Shown here one piece after another: positions 6,510 through 15,891 of a stretch of 20,290 nt of DNA (position 1 is its first letter; every line of letters begins with the position of its first letter). This stretch comes from Fusobacteriota bacterium (GTDB lineage: Bacteria; Fusobacteriota; Fusobacteriia; Fusobacteriales; JBNJFI01), in contig JBNJFI010000015.1 in NCBI GenBank assembly GCA_051746725.1, forward strand, positions 1-20,290, given 5' to 3'. A program made the position numbers and the translations under genes. The notes beneath the pieces are model-generated. The model searched no databases and was not told where the DNA came from. It was given only the letters and a program-made list of their open reading frames with translations.

Positions 6510-8692
6510 AAAAGATCTTTTTTGTATTATATATTATAATCTTAATACCAGTGTTCTCAAACACTATAACAGGAGAAATAAGTGTTGAGGATAGTGGTAA
6601 TTACGGAGTTTTTGTATATATTGAAGAAGCCTTAAAGTATGATATTACAGATGTTAATGGAAGATTTAAAATTGATGGATTAGAAGCAGATAAAGAGTAT
6701 ACTTTAGTTTGTCAAAAAAGTGATTTTCCAAATTATGAAACAAAGGTGACTACGGACTTAAATCCAAAGGAAATATCGATAAATCTTAGAAAAACTTCCT
6801 TTTTTGAAAAATATCTTATTCGAGGAGTTATTGAATCTGAAAACTCTGAGGATATATTTTTAAATTTTAAAGAAAAAGGCTATGGACTAATAGTAAAACC
6901 AAACGACTATTTTAGACGAGAATTAGAAGCTGGAGATTATAAAGCTTCTTTGAGACAAAAAGGTAGTCAAACAAAAGAAATTAGATTTCAAGTTGAAAAA
7001 AAAGACATTAATAACATAGGCTCATTTATTTTAAAGCCAATAGAAACTAATTCATTAGAATTGTTATTTGATAAAGAAAGTGATCGGAAAATAAATGGAT
7101 ATACATATCTATATAAAGACGGGGATCTCCATGATATAAAAAAAATAGATTCAAAAAATAGGTTAGTAACTTTTAAAAATTTACCTAAAGATATCTATAA
7201 AATAGAAACTAAAATATATGGGTATAAAGATATTCAAAAGAAAATAAAAGTTTCAGGATTAAAAAAAGAATATATTAAATTAAATTCATTAGATATAACA
7301 AATAAAATAGAAATAAATATTATTCCAGAAGATATAAAGTCTAATATAACTTTGTATCATGATAATATAAAAATCAAGGAAGTTAAAGAAGTAATAGGAA
7401 ATTATACTTTTGAAAGATTGTACCCCAACAAAATATATAAATTAGAAGTAAGTTCTCCTAAATATAAAACTGAAACATTAAGGTTGAAAACAGGTGAATC
7501 TAAAGATATTAATTTAATTCGTAATATTACAGGGGCAATATTAGAGGGGAATATTTCTCCATTTACTAAGGATGTAGATGTTATGTTATTAGGAGAGGAA
7601 GATATTTTAGGAAAAACTAAAACAGATGAAGATGGGCATTTTAAAATAGAAATATCAGATATAAAACCTGGGACAAAAAAATTAAGAATTATGAAAGAGG
7701 GATTTTTTGAAAAGAATATAAATATTAATATCAAAAAAGGGGATTACAAAAAAGATATTAATATTCAATTAGAACCTGTAATCAATGCTGTTTATGGAAA
7801 GGTTAAATTGGCAAACAAAAAAGCACCTAAAGGGGCTTTAGCTATAATAAAAGAATTAAATATATGGACTAGAGTAGGCCTCAATGGAAATTATTATTTT
7901 AAGGATATTCCAAATGGGAAGTATACAGTAATATATCAAAAGTTTGGCTATGAAACTGAGGCTCGAAAAGTAAATATAAAAAGTGAAGCCCAAGAAATTA
8001 ATGTGGATTTACATCCTAAGGGAAATATAATAATTAACTCAAATATTAAAGATTATACCTTAATTATAAATGGGAAAAGTCGTGAAATTGATGAAAAAGT
8101 TTATAATCTAAAGCTAGATACAGGGGTAATAAACCTTATTGCTCAAAAAGAAGGATATTTAATATATAAAAACCAAGTTGAGCTATTAGAACCTGGTCAA
8201 AAAAGAGAACTAACTATTGACTTCACAAGTATTTCCGATCATAAGTTGAGATTAGAATATCAATTAAATGAAATAAAAAAATTAATAGAAAGATTGGAAA
8301 TTAGAAAAGCCGAAAAAAGAATTTATGAGATTTCAAAACTTAGATATATAAAAAGTTATGAAACGGAATTAAAAAAACTAAAAAGAGAACTTAATCAAGC
8401 TAAAAACAAATTATATGAACTAGATAGAGAAATTGAAAATACAATTAGAGAATATAAGAAAAAAATAAAAGATTTGAAAAATCGAGATATTTCATATGGT
8501 CAAAAAAGAGATCTTTTAAACGAGACTATACAAAAAGCTATTGATTACTTGAATGGAATATTAAAAAAAGATCAATACACAACAATGGAATATGATATCT
8601 ATAAATATTTGGGCGAATTATATTTTGAACTCGGAATGGTAAATATATCAGATACTAATTTTAAAAGAGCAAAAGCTCTAAAAGAAAACTAA
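6506..8692 (+). CDS. Secreted protein with repeated carboxypeptidase-regulatory-like (beta-sandwich) domains, a PEGA-like domain and a helical C-terminus
   Basis: Signal peptide MKKIFFVLYIIILIPVFS. Repeats such as TDVNGRFKIDGL, TDEDGHFKIEI and NGNYYFKDIPNGKYTVIYQKFGY. PEGA-like GNIIINSN...AQKEGY. Coiled-coil/TPR-like tail. ATGA overlap with DUF445. Confidence 0.7.
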   Translation: MKKIFFVLYIIILIPVFSNTITGEISVEDSGNYGVFVYIEEALKYDITDVNGRFKIDGLEADKEYTLVCQKSDFPNYETKVTTDLNPKEISINLRKTSFFEKYLIRGVIESENSEDIFLNFKEKGYGLIVKPNDYFRRELEAGDYKASLRQKGSQTKEIRFQVEKKDINNIGSFILKPIETNSLELLFDKESDRKINGYTYLYKDGDLHDIKKIDSKNRLVTFKNLPKDIYKIETKIYGYKDIQKKIKVSGLKKEYIKLNSLDITNKIEINIIPEDIKSNITLYHDNIKIKEVKEVIGNYTFERLYPNKIYKLEVSSPKYKTETLRLKTGESKDINLIRNITGAILEGNISPFTKDVDVMLLGEEDILGKTKTDEDGHFKIEISDIKPGTKKLRIMKEGFFEKNININIKKGDYKKDINIQLEPVINAVYGKVKLANKKAPKGALAIIKELNIWTRVGLNGNYYFKDIPNGKYTVIYQKFGYETEARKVNIKSEAQEINVDLHPKGNIIINSNIKDYTLIINGKSREIDEKVYNLKLDTGVINLIAQKEGYLIYKNQVELLEPGQKRELTIDFTSISDHKLRLEYQLNEIKKLIERLEIRKAEKRIYEISKLRYIKSYETELKKLKRELNQAKNKLYELDREIENTIREYKKKIKDLKNRDISYGQKRDLLNETIQKAIDYLNGILKKDQYTTMEYDIYKYLGELYFELGMVNISDTNFKRAKALKEN

Positions 8693-8712
8693 AATAAATA
8701 GAAGGCGATAAA

Positions 8713-9741
8713 ATGGAAGAAAGAATATTAGCACCAGAGGAACTTGAAAATGAGCAAGATGAAATAAATATCCAGAAAAATTTGAGACCTAAAAATTTCA
8801 AAGATTATATTGGGCAGGAAAAATTAAAGAGAAAACTAAATATCTATATACAGGCAGCAAAAGAAAGAGAAGATGCTTTGGATCATACTCTTTTATATGG
8901 AGCTCCAGGTCTTGGAAAAACTACTTTAGCTGGAGTTATTGCTAATGAGATGGAAGTTAATTTCAAAATTACTTCTGGGCCTGTCTTAGAAAAAGCTGGA
9001 GATCTAGCGGCAATGTTAACATCCTTAGAAAAAAATGATGTATTATTTATAGATGAAATACATAGATTAAATACTTCTGTTGAGGAAATATTATATCCAG
9101 CAATGGAAGATCGAGAATTAGATATAATAATCGGAAAAGGACCTTCTGCACGCTCTATTAGAGTGGCTTTACCACCATTTACTTTAATAGGAGCAACAAC
9201 TAGGGCAGGACTTCTGTCTTCCCCTTTGAGAGATAGGTTTGGAGTAGTTCACCGGATGAATTATTATAATGATCAGGAATTAACTAATATTATAATAAGA
9301 GGAGCTAGGATTTTAGAAGTAGAGATCAAAAAAGAGGGGGCGCAAGAGCTTTCTTCTAGAAGTAGAGGGACTCCTAGAATTGCTAATAGGTTTTTAAAAA
9401 GAGTTAGAGATTATGCTCAAATAAGAGGAAATGGAGTTATAACCAAAAATATTTCAAAAGAAGCATTGAAATTACTAGAAGTAGATAATATGGGACTGGA
9501 TAATCTAGATAGAGAGATCTTAAAAGGAATAATAAAAAACTATAATGGGGGACCAGTGGGAATTGAAACTCTCTCCTTACTATTAGGTGAAGATAGGCGA
9601 ACTATAGAGGAAGTTTATGAGCCTTTTTTGGTGAAAATCGGGTTTATAAAACGAACTTCAAGGGGAAGAGTGGTTACGGATTTAGCATACAAACATTTAG
9701 GATTAAATAAAATAGGAAGTGATAAAAATGAAGATAACTAA
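8713..9741 (+). CDS. ruvB: Holliday junction branch migration helicase RuvB
   Basis: LRP..F..YIGQ, Walker [10 protein letters not shown], Walker [50 protein letters not shown]. Confidence 0.98.
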   Translation: MEERILAPEELENEQDEINIQKNLRPKNFKDYIGQEKLKRKLNIYIQAAKEREDALDHTLLYGAPGLGKTTLAGVIANEMEVNFKITSGPVLEKAGDLAAMLTSLEKNDVLFIDEIHRLNTSVEEILYPAMEDRELDIIIGKGPSARSIRVALPPFTLIGATTRAGLLSSPLRDRFGVVHRMNYYNDQELTNIIIRGARILEVEIKKEGAQELSSRSRGTPRIANRFLKRVRDYAQIRGNGVITKNISKEALKLLEVDNMGLDNLDREILKGIIKNYNGGPVGIETLSLLLGEDRRTIEEVYEPFLVKIGFIKRTSRGRVVTDLAYKHLGLNKIGSDKNEDN

Positions 9742-10144
9742 AAAGACAAGATATGGACTAAGAGCATTAATATACATTGCAGAAAATTCAGAAGAGGAAA
9801 ATTTATCATCTATAAAGGAAATATCTAAAGCTGAAAATATATCTATACAATATTTAGAACAGATATTATATAGACTTAAGAAAAAAGATATTATCAAAGG
9901 AAAAAGTGGACCAAATGGTGGATACAAACTAATAAAAGATCCCGCTAAAGTTAAGATATCTGAGATTGTGGATATATTAGAAAACGGAATAAAGTTAGTA
10001 GAGTGTGATTTAGATCCTAAGCAGTGCAAAAAAGGTGATTGTTCAACAATATATCTATGGAATAAATTAAATAATGCTATTATCGATATTTTAGAAGGGA
10101 CTACGTTGGAAGAATTAGTTAATGAACACAAAAACAATAAGTAG
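9728..10144 (+). CDS. Rrf2 family transcriptional regulator with three Cys (IscR-like)
   Basis: [30 protein letters not shown] and C-x6-C-x4-C. Overlaps the ruvB end. ATG 9728 follows AGGAAGTGA. Confidence 0.92.
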   Translation: MKITKKTRYGLRALIYIAENSEEENLSSIKEISKAENISIQYLEQILYRLKKKDIIKGKSGPNGGYKLIKDPAKVKISEIVDILENGIKLVECDLDPKQCKKGDCSTIYLWNKLNNAIIDILEGTTLEELVNEHKNNK

Positions 10145-10880
10145 ATCCCCGGAAGAGGTGAAAAAAATAAAGACAATTATTATAGATCAGGAAAAAATCA
10201 GTAATACTAATATAAAAATCAATGAAAGAAAAAAGATTAATTATATTAAAAATGTTTTGAGAAAATCCAATGGGGATTCTTTGCGAGTTGTAGATGGAGA
10301 AAATGAATATATAACTGAAATTATATATATAGACAAAAAAGAAATAGTTTTACAAATAAATTCTACTGAAAAAAATAAAGATTATATGCCAGAAATAGAG
10401 GTAGACATAGCTTTGACCATGTTAAAAAATAAGGCAATGAATTTGGCAATACAAAAGTTAACAGAAATAGGAATAAACAAAGTTATCCCAATGGAAACTA
10501 AACATTCAGTAGTAAAACTTACAGAAAAGAAAAATCGGTGGGATAGAATAGCTAAAGCAGCTCTTAAACAATGTCAAGGGGTAAAAATGCTAGAGATAGA
10601 AAATCCTAGAAAAATTAATGAACTAGAATTTGGAGACTATGATCTTGTAGTGCTTCCTTATGAAAAAGAAAAAGAGAGAAAAATAAGACAATTAAGAGAG
10701 AACAAAAATAATATAAAAAAAATATTATATATCATAGGCCCAGAAGGCGGATTTACTTCAAAGGAAGTAGCCAATTTAATTAAAAAAGGAGCTATAAGTG
10801 TAACTTTAGGTAAGAGAATATTAAGAGCGGAAACAGCTGCAATAGTAACAGGTGGCTACTTAATAAATGAGTTTAGATAG
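10122..10880 (+). CDS. rsmE: 16S rRNA m3U1498 methyltransferase RsmE (true start probably 10158 GTG or 10167 ATA)
   Basis: NVLR, IQKLTEIGI, ALKQC, IIGPEGGF and LGKRILRAETAA SPOUT motifs. Confidence 0.94.
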   Translation: MNTKTISRSPEEVKKIKTIIIDQEKISNTNIKINERKKINYIKNVLRKSNGDSLRVVDGENEYITEIIYIDKKEIVLQINSTEKNKDYMPEIEVDIALTMLKNKAMNLAIQKLTEIGINKVIPMETKHSVVKLTEKKNRWDRIAKAALKQCQGVKMLEIENPRKINELEFGDYDLVVLPYEKEKERKIRQLRENKNNIKKILYIIGPEGGFTSKEVANLIKKGAISVTLGKRILRAETAAIVTGGYLINEFR

Positions 10881-10900
10881 AAGAAACAAAGGAGGTTCAG

Positions 10901-11929
10901 GTGGGCAGAAAAAAGTATAGACCTAATATAAGGTTTTATTTAATAATAACGATATTAATTATAAGTGTATTTAGTATAATAAAATTATCATCAAAAGAAA
11001 AGTCTGAAAAGAATTCGATATCAAACGAAAAAAAAGAGATATCTAAAGAAAAAAAAATAAATACTGAAATAAAAGATTTAGAAAATTTTGCTATAATAAC
11101 TGATGATAAGATATACTACATTTATAAAAAAGAGTTTGTATTGGAAATGCCTGATAATTTAAAATTAAATAAAACATATGAAATAAAAGATATATTAAAT
11201 AAAAAAAATTATTTAGAAGCGATTAATTTAATTAACGTAATACTACCTGAATCCATAAAGAATTATAAAAGAAAAGAAGTAAAGTTTTCTAGTGATTATG
11301 AAATATATGAACTGCCTACTTTAGAAATAAATCAAAACACATATATAGATAGCTATAAAACTAATCAACTCTTTAGCCAAGAATATTATAATATATCAAA
11401 GGAACGAAATAAAAATATAACCCTGGACATATTAAATGCAAATGGAATATCTGGATATGCGGGGAAAACTGGAAAAAAACTAGAAGATAAGTTGGGATAT
11501 AACTATAATGCCGCCAATTATAAGACACATGAAAATTATAGTTATGTAATAAATAAAAGTCTTTCTAAAAAAGAATTAGAAGATATAGCTTTAACTTTAT
11601 CAGAAAAAAATATTAAAATAAAAGAAGATATATCATTAACAACACTTTCCGATGCCGTAATAATTTTAGGTAAGGATAGAGGCGATCTCATATATATAAT
11701 GTTTAAAAGATATAATAAACTTGACTATGAAAATTATAATATTCTGAAGAAATCAGGATATGAAGATTTACATCGAATATCTATTGATACTAAAATTAAT
11801 CAAAATAAAATAGAATATAATCCAGAAGATTATTATACAGCTTTTAAAATAGGTGAAAAATTAGATATCCAAAAGCTATTTGAAAATAAAGACTTGAAAA
11901 ATCGGATTGATATTTACATAAAAAATTAA
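10901..11929 (+). CDS. Membrane-anchored protein with LytR C-terminal (LytR_C) domain(s)
   Basis: GTG start after AAGGAGG. Basic N-terminus and one TM helix. ITLDILNANGISGYAGKTGKKL...DAVIILGKD matches the LytR_C pattern. Confidence 0.75.
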   Translation: MGRKKYRPNIRFYLIITILIISVFSIIKLSSKEKSEKNSISNEKKEISKEKKINTEIKDLENFAIITDDKIYYIYKKEFVLEMPDNLKLNKTYEIKDILNKKNYLEAINLINVILPESIKNYKRKEVKFSSDYEIYELPTLEINQNTYIDSYKTNQLFSQEYYNISKERNKNITLDILNANGISGYAGKTGKKLEDKLGYNYNAANYKTHENYSYVINKSLSKKELEDIALTLSEKNIKIKEDISLTTLSDAVIILGKDRGDLIYIMFKRYNKLDYENYNILKKSGYEDLHRISIDTKINQNKIEYNPEDYYTAFKIGEKLDIQKLFENKDLKNRIDIYIKN

Positions 11930-11951
11930 TAAACTAAAAAGGGGGACAAAA

Positions 11952-12281
11952 TTGAAAAAAAAATTAGAAACAGTAAAGAATGCAATAGAAGACAAAAAAG
12001 GTAAAGATATAAAAATTATATCTTTAAAACAAAATAGTGTAACTGAAAATGTAGTTTTAGTAACAGGAACGTCTAAGACTCATATAAAGGGAATTGCAGA
12101 TGAGATAGACAGAAAATTATATAAAGAAAACGAACATCCAATAGGAAAAGAAGGATATAATGAAGGGAAATGGATTTTATTAGATTATAACGATATTGTT
12201 ATTCATATATTTAATAAAGAATTAAGAGAAAAATATAATATAGAAGAGGCTTTAAATATAGATGAAGTTTTAAGAGGTTAA
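11952..12281 (+). CDS. rsfS: Ribosome silencing factor RsfS (Iojap)
   Basis: IEDKKGKDI, EGYNEGKWILLDYNDIVIHIF...REKYNIE. TTG start after AGGGGG. Confidence 0.93.
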   Translation: MKKKLETVKNAIEDKKGKDIKIISLKQNSVTENVVLVTGTSKTHIKGIADEIDRKLYKENEHPIGKEGYNEGKWILLDYNDIVIHIFNKELREKYNIEEALNIDEVLRG

Positions 12282-12282
12282 A

Positions 12283-12711
12283 ATGAATAAAGGTTGGATG
12301 TATGTATTGATATCATTTTTAATTTTATTTGAGACTTCTCTTAGCTATACCTATCCATATAATGCTATAATATTGAGTTTTATAGGATATCTTGTATATA
12401 CTCAAGGACTTAATGCAATTTTATATAGTTTGGGAATTTCATTTTTGCTAGGTGTTAATTTAGAAAATATAATGTTTTTTTTAGTTTATCCTTTAATTTT
12501 AAATACGATATATAAACATATCGTATTTAAAAGGATAAATTTAATAATAATTACTCTGCTTCAATCCTCAATATATATAACATATATATATATATTTAAA
12601 ATTAGAGATATTTTAATTATAAACTGGATACAAGAATTTTTGTTTATTTTATTATATAATTTTATATTATGTATATATATGGAATATGATCAATCAAATA
12701 GTAGGGGTTAA
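12283..12711 (+). CDS. Small polytopic membrane protein, probable divergent MreD
   Basis: 142 aa, almost entirely hydrophobic with about five TM segments, immediately upstream of mrdA. The MreD call rests mainly on position and size. Confidence 0.5.
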   Translation: MNKGWMYVLISFLILFETSLSYTYPYNAIILSFIGYLVYTQGLNAILYSLGISFLLGVNLENIMFFLVYPLILNTIYKHIVFKRINLIIITLLQSSIYITYIYIFKIRDILIINWIQEFLFILLYNFILCIYMEYDQSNSRG

Positions 12712-12712
12712 T

Positions 12713-14446
12713 ATGAAAATTAATATAAAAATAAATAAAAGTAAAACAGTAAAAGATCGAATGAATATAATTATCGTATTAGTTATTATTGCTTATTCTG
12801 TTATAGGAATTAGATTATTTTATCTACAGGTTTATAAAGGCGAATATTATAAAAACATGGCTGAAAATAATAGGGTCAAAATAAAGAGATTAGAACCACC
12901 TAGGGGAAAAATATATGATAGAAATGGAGAACTTCTTGCTACAAATGTAGCAGGTTATAGATTAGTATATTTAGAGGGGAAAAATATTGAGTCCCATAGG
13001 GTTGAGGAATTAGCAAATTTTTTAGAAAGAAGTAAGTCTGAAGTAGATGATCTCATTAAAAATGGGGAAATTATAGAATATACTAGAGAGAATATAATTA
13101 TCGATGATATTTTACAAAGTAAAGCACATAAAATAATGGAAAAATTAGATTCATACCCTTATTTGAAAATTGATATATATTTAAAAAGAAAATATCTGTA
13201 TAATGAAATAGCCTCTCATATAATAGGTTATGTTAAAAGAATTAGTGGAGAAGAATGGGGAAATCTCAAAGAAAAAGGCTATACTAATACGGATTATATT
13301 GGAAAAAAAGGAATCGAAAAAGAGTATGAGGATTTATTACAAGGAAAACCAGGATATGAATATATAGAAGTAAATGCTTTAAATAAAACAGTAAAGCAGA
13401 TAAGCAACAAAAGAGCAAAGTTAGGAAAAGACTTAACTTTGTCTTTGGATATAAAATTACAACAAAAGATAACAGAATTTATCGGAGACAAAGAAGCTTC
13501 TTTTATTGCTATGGATATAAAAACAGGAGAATTAATAGTAGCTATTAGTAGTCCAGAATATAACTTGAATAAATTATCTTCTAAGATATCACAATCGGAT
13601 TGGTTAGATATAGTAGGTGATAAAAGGAGACCGTTACAAAATAAAATAACATCCTCTGGATATCCTCCAGGTTCTATATTTAAACCAATAGTTGCTTTAG
13701 CTTTTTTGGATGAAGGAATTGATCCTAAAGAGGAAGTTTATGATAAGGGATATTTTAATATTGGAAAATGGAGATGGCATAACTGGCGTGAATATGGAAA
13801 AGGTTATGTGGATATGGAAGAGGCAATATATGATTCAAATAATATATATTTTTATACAATGGCAGACAAGATAGGGAATAAGCCAATTGAGAATATGGCA
13901 AAAAAGTTTGGAATAGGACAAAAGACAGGAATAGATATTCCCAATGAAAAGACAGGTATTTTACCGACAGATTCTTGGAAAAGAAGTGAGATGGGAGAGT
14001 CATGGTATAGAGGAGATACCATTAACTTTTCCATTGGACAGGGTTACCTTTCAGTTACACCTCTACAGATGGCCAAGGCATATGCCTTAATAGGTGGAGA
14101 GGGGAAAACCTATATTCCTCATTTAATAAAAGGTAAAAAAGTTTCAGAAATCCAGATAGATGTACCGGTAAATGAAATCCAGATAATAAAATCTTTTTTG
14201 AGAAAAACTGTCGAAGAAGGAACAGCCAAAATAATAGATTTAGATCAGGTTCAACCTGCAGCAAAGACAGGTTCTGCCGAGAACAACCAATATGAAGATA
14301 CACATGCATGGTTAGCTGGATATTTTCCCTATGATGATCCAGAAATCGCTTTTTTGTCACTTGTAGAAGGGGGAGGTCACGGGGGAAGCGGTGCCGGACC
14401 AATAGTAAAGGAATTTCTAAAAGAATATGTAAATAGGAGGAAATAG
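12713..14446 (+). CDS. mrdA: Penicillin-binding protein 2 (class B transpeptidase)
   Basis: N-terminal TM, RLFYLQV, PPRGKIYDRNG, GKKGIEKEYE, SxxK (PGSIFK), SxN (SNN), KTG. ATG 12713 follows AGGGG. Confidence 0.93.
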   Translation: MKINIKINKSKTVKDRMNIIIVLVIIAYSVIGIRLFYLQVYKGEYYKNMAENNRVKIKRLEPPRGKIYDRNGELLATNVAGYRLVYLEGKNIESHRVEELANFLERSKSEVDDLIKNGEIIEYTRENIIIDDILQSKAHKIMEKLDSYPYLKIDIYLKRKYLYNEIASHIIGYVKRISGEEWGNLKEKGYTNTDYIGKKGIEKEYEDLLQGKPGYEYIEVNALNKTVKQISNKRAKLGKDLTLSLDIKLQQKITEFIGDKEASFIAMDIKTGELIVAISSPEYNLNKLSSKISQSDWLDIVGDKRRPLQNKITSSGYPPGSIFKPIVALAFLDEGIDPKEEVYDKGYFNIGKWRWHNWREYGKGYVDMEEAIYDSNNIYFYTMADKIGNKPIENMAKKFGIGQKTGIDIPNEKTGILPTDSWKRSEMGESWYRGDTINFSIGQGYLSVTPLQMAKAYALIGGEGKTYIPHLIKGKKVSEIQIDVPVNEIQIIKSFLRKTVEEGTAKIIDLDQVQPAAKTGSAENNQYEDTHAWLAGYFPYDDPEIAFLSLVEGGGHGGSGAGPIVKEFLKEYVNRRK

Positions 14447-14447
14447 A

Positions 14448-15086
14448 ATGTTAAAGGGAATAAAGGGTGGAGTTTTAATAACTATAAATTCCAAAAAAGA
14501 TATAAAAGAATTTCAAAATAAATTAAAAAACAAAAAGTTTTTCAATGAAGAAATTGATTTTTTATTAAAAAAGAAAGACAATAAATATTTTAAAGAGTTA
14601 TGGGATATAGCTGATAAGTATAATCATAACCTATATATAATAAAAGAAGTAGAAAAGATCAAGACGGTTCCAGAAAAAAACTCTAAAACTAAAAAAGTTC
14701 AAATGGAAAACAAAAAGTTAAAAGAAGAAATAGAAGAAAAAAACGCAAATAACCAAGGTGAAAGAGTTAAAATAATAGAAAGAACACTAAGATCTGGTCA
14801 AAGAGTAGTGAGTAGTGGACATATAATAATTATAGGTAGCGTTAACCCTGGAGCTGAAGTTGTAGCCGATGGAGATATCTATGTTTGGGGAAAAGTTCGA
14901 GGATTACTTCATGCAGGTGCAAATGGAAATAAAAAAAGTAAAATTTTAGCTTTAAGTTTAGATGTAAAACAAGTTAGAATAGCAGATGTGTTTGCTAAAA
15001 AAGGAAAAGCTACAATAACAGATACAATAGAAATGGCTTTTTTGGATGAGGATGACAATTTAATATTAGAAGAATTTGAAGGATAA
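14448..15086 (+). CDS. minC: Septum site-determining protein MinC
   Basis: LKGIKGGVLI N-terminus and C-terminal beta-helix RTLRSGQ...GSVNPGAEVVADGDIYVWGKVRGLLHAGANG. SD AGGAGG. Confidence 0.92.
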   Translation: MLKGIKGGVLITINSKKDIKEFQNKLKNKKFFNEEIDFLLKKKDNKYFKELWDIADKYNHNLYIIKEVEKIKTVPEKNSKTKKVQMENKKLKEEIEEKNANNQGERVKIIERTLRSGQRVVSSGHIIIIGSVNPGAEVVADGDIYVWGKVRGLLHAGANGNKKSKILALSLDVKQVRIADVFAKKGKATITDTIEMAFLDEDDNLILEEFEG

Positions 15087-15123
15087 TAAGAATAACTTAC
15101 AAAAAAGAAATGAAAGGAGAAAA

Positions 15124-15891
15124 ATGAAAAGAATAGGAGTAATAGGTGGATTAGGAAAAATGGGTCAGGAAACTATAAAAGCTGTATCCAGTGAAGAGGA
15201 TATGGAAATAACAGCGGTATTTGATATAAACAAAATAGGAGAGAAAGTTTCTATTGGAAAAAAGGAATATGAAATTTTAGATGATATTGAAAAAAAATCA
15301 AAAGAAATAGATATCTTTATAGACTTTACTGGTCCAGATTCAGTTAAAAAGAATGCAAAAAAGGTAATAAGTTTAGGAAAAAAATTAATTATAGGTGCTA
15401 CAGGATTATCAGAAGATGATTTAAATCAATTGGAAAAACAATCTAATGATAAAAATACAGCAGTTATGGTTATCCCTAATTTTGCAATAGGTGCAGTTCT
15501 TATGATGGAGTTTTCAAAAAAGGCGGCTAAATATTTGAATGAAGTGGAGATAATAGAGTATCATCACCCAAATAAATTAGATGCCCCTTCAGGAACGGCA
15601 ATAAAAACAGCTCACTTAATAAATGAAGTTAAAAAACCTAGAGACAAAGTTAAGGGAGAAGAACTTATAAAAGGAGCAAGAGGTGCAAAGGTAGGAGATA
15701 TAGATATACATAGTGTTAGGTTAAATGGGTATATAGCTTCTCAGGAAGTTATATTTGGCGAACAAGGGCAAAGATTAAAATTTAGACATGATTCAATAAA
15801 TCGAGAATCTTTTATGCCTGGTGTTATATTAGCGATAAAAAAAATAGAGAAAGTGCAGGGATTGATATATGGTTTGGAAAAAGTTTTATAA
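15124..15891 (+). CDS. dapB: 4-hydroxy-tetrahydrodipicolinate reductase
   Basis: GGLGKMG nucleotide-binding motif, IDFT, PNFAIG, EYHHPNKLDAPSGTA, IHSVR. ATG 15124 follows AAAGGAG. Confidence 0.96.
   Translation: MKRIGVIGGLGKMGQETIKAVSSEEDMEITAVFDINKIGEKVSIGKKEYEILDDIEKKSKEIDIFIDFTGPDSVKKNAKKVISLGKKLIIGATGLSEDDLNQLEKQSNDKNTAVMVIPNFAIGAVLMMEFSKKAAKYLNEVEIIEYHHPNKLDAPSGTAIKTAHLINEVKKPRDKVKGEELIKGARGAKVGDIDIHSVRLNGYIASQEVIFGEQGQRLKFRHDSINRESFMPGVILAIKKIEKVQGLIYGLEKVL

Noticed and set aside
8890..8930. RuvB Walker A GAPGLGKT instead of GPPGLGKT
   Set aside because: Variable position. GKT and all other motifs are intact.
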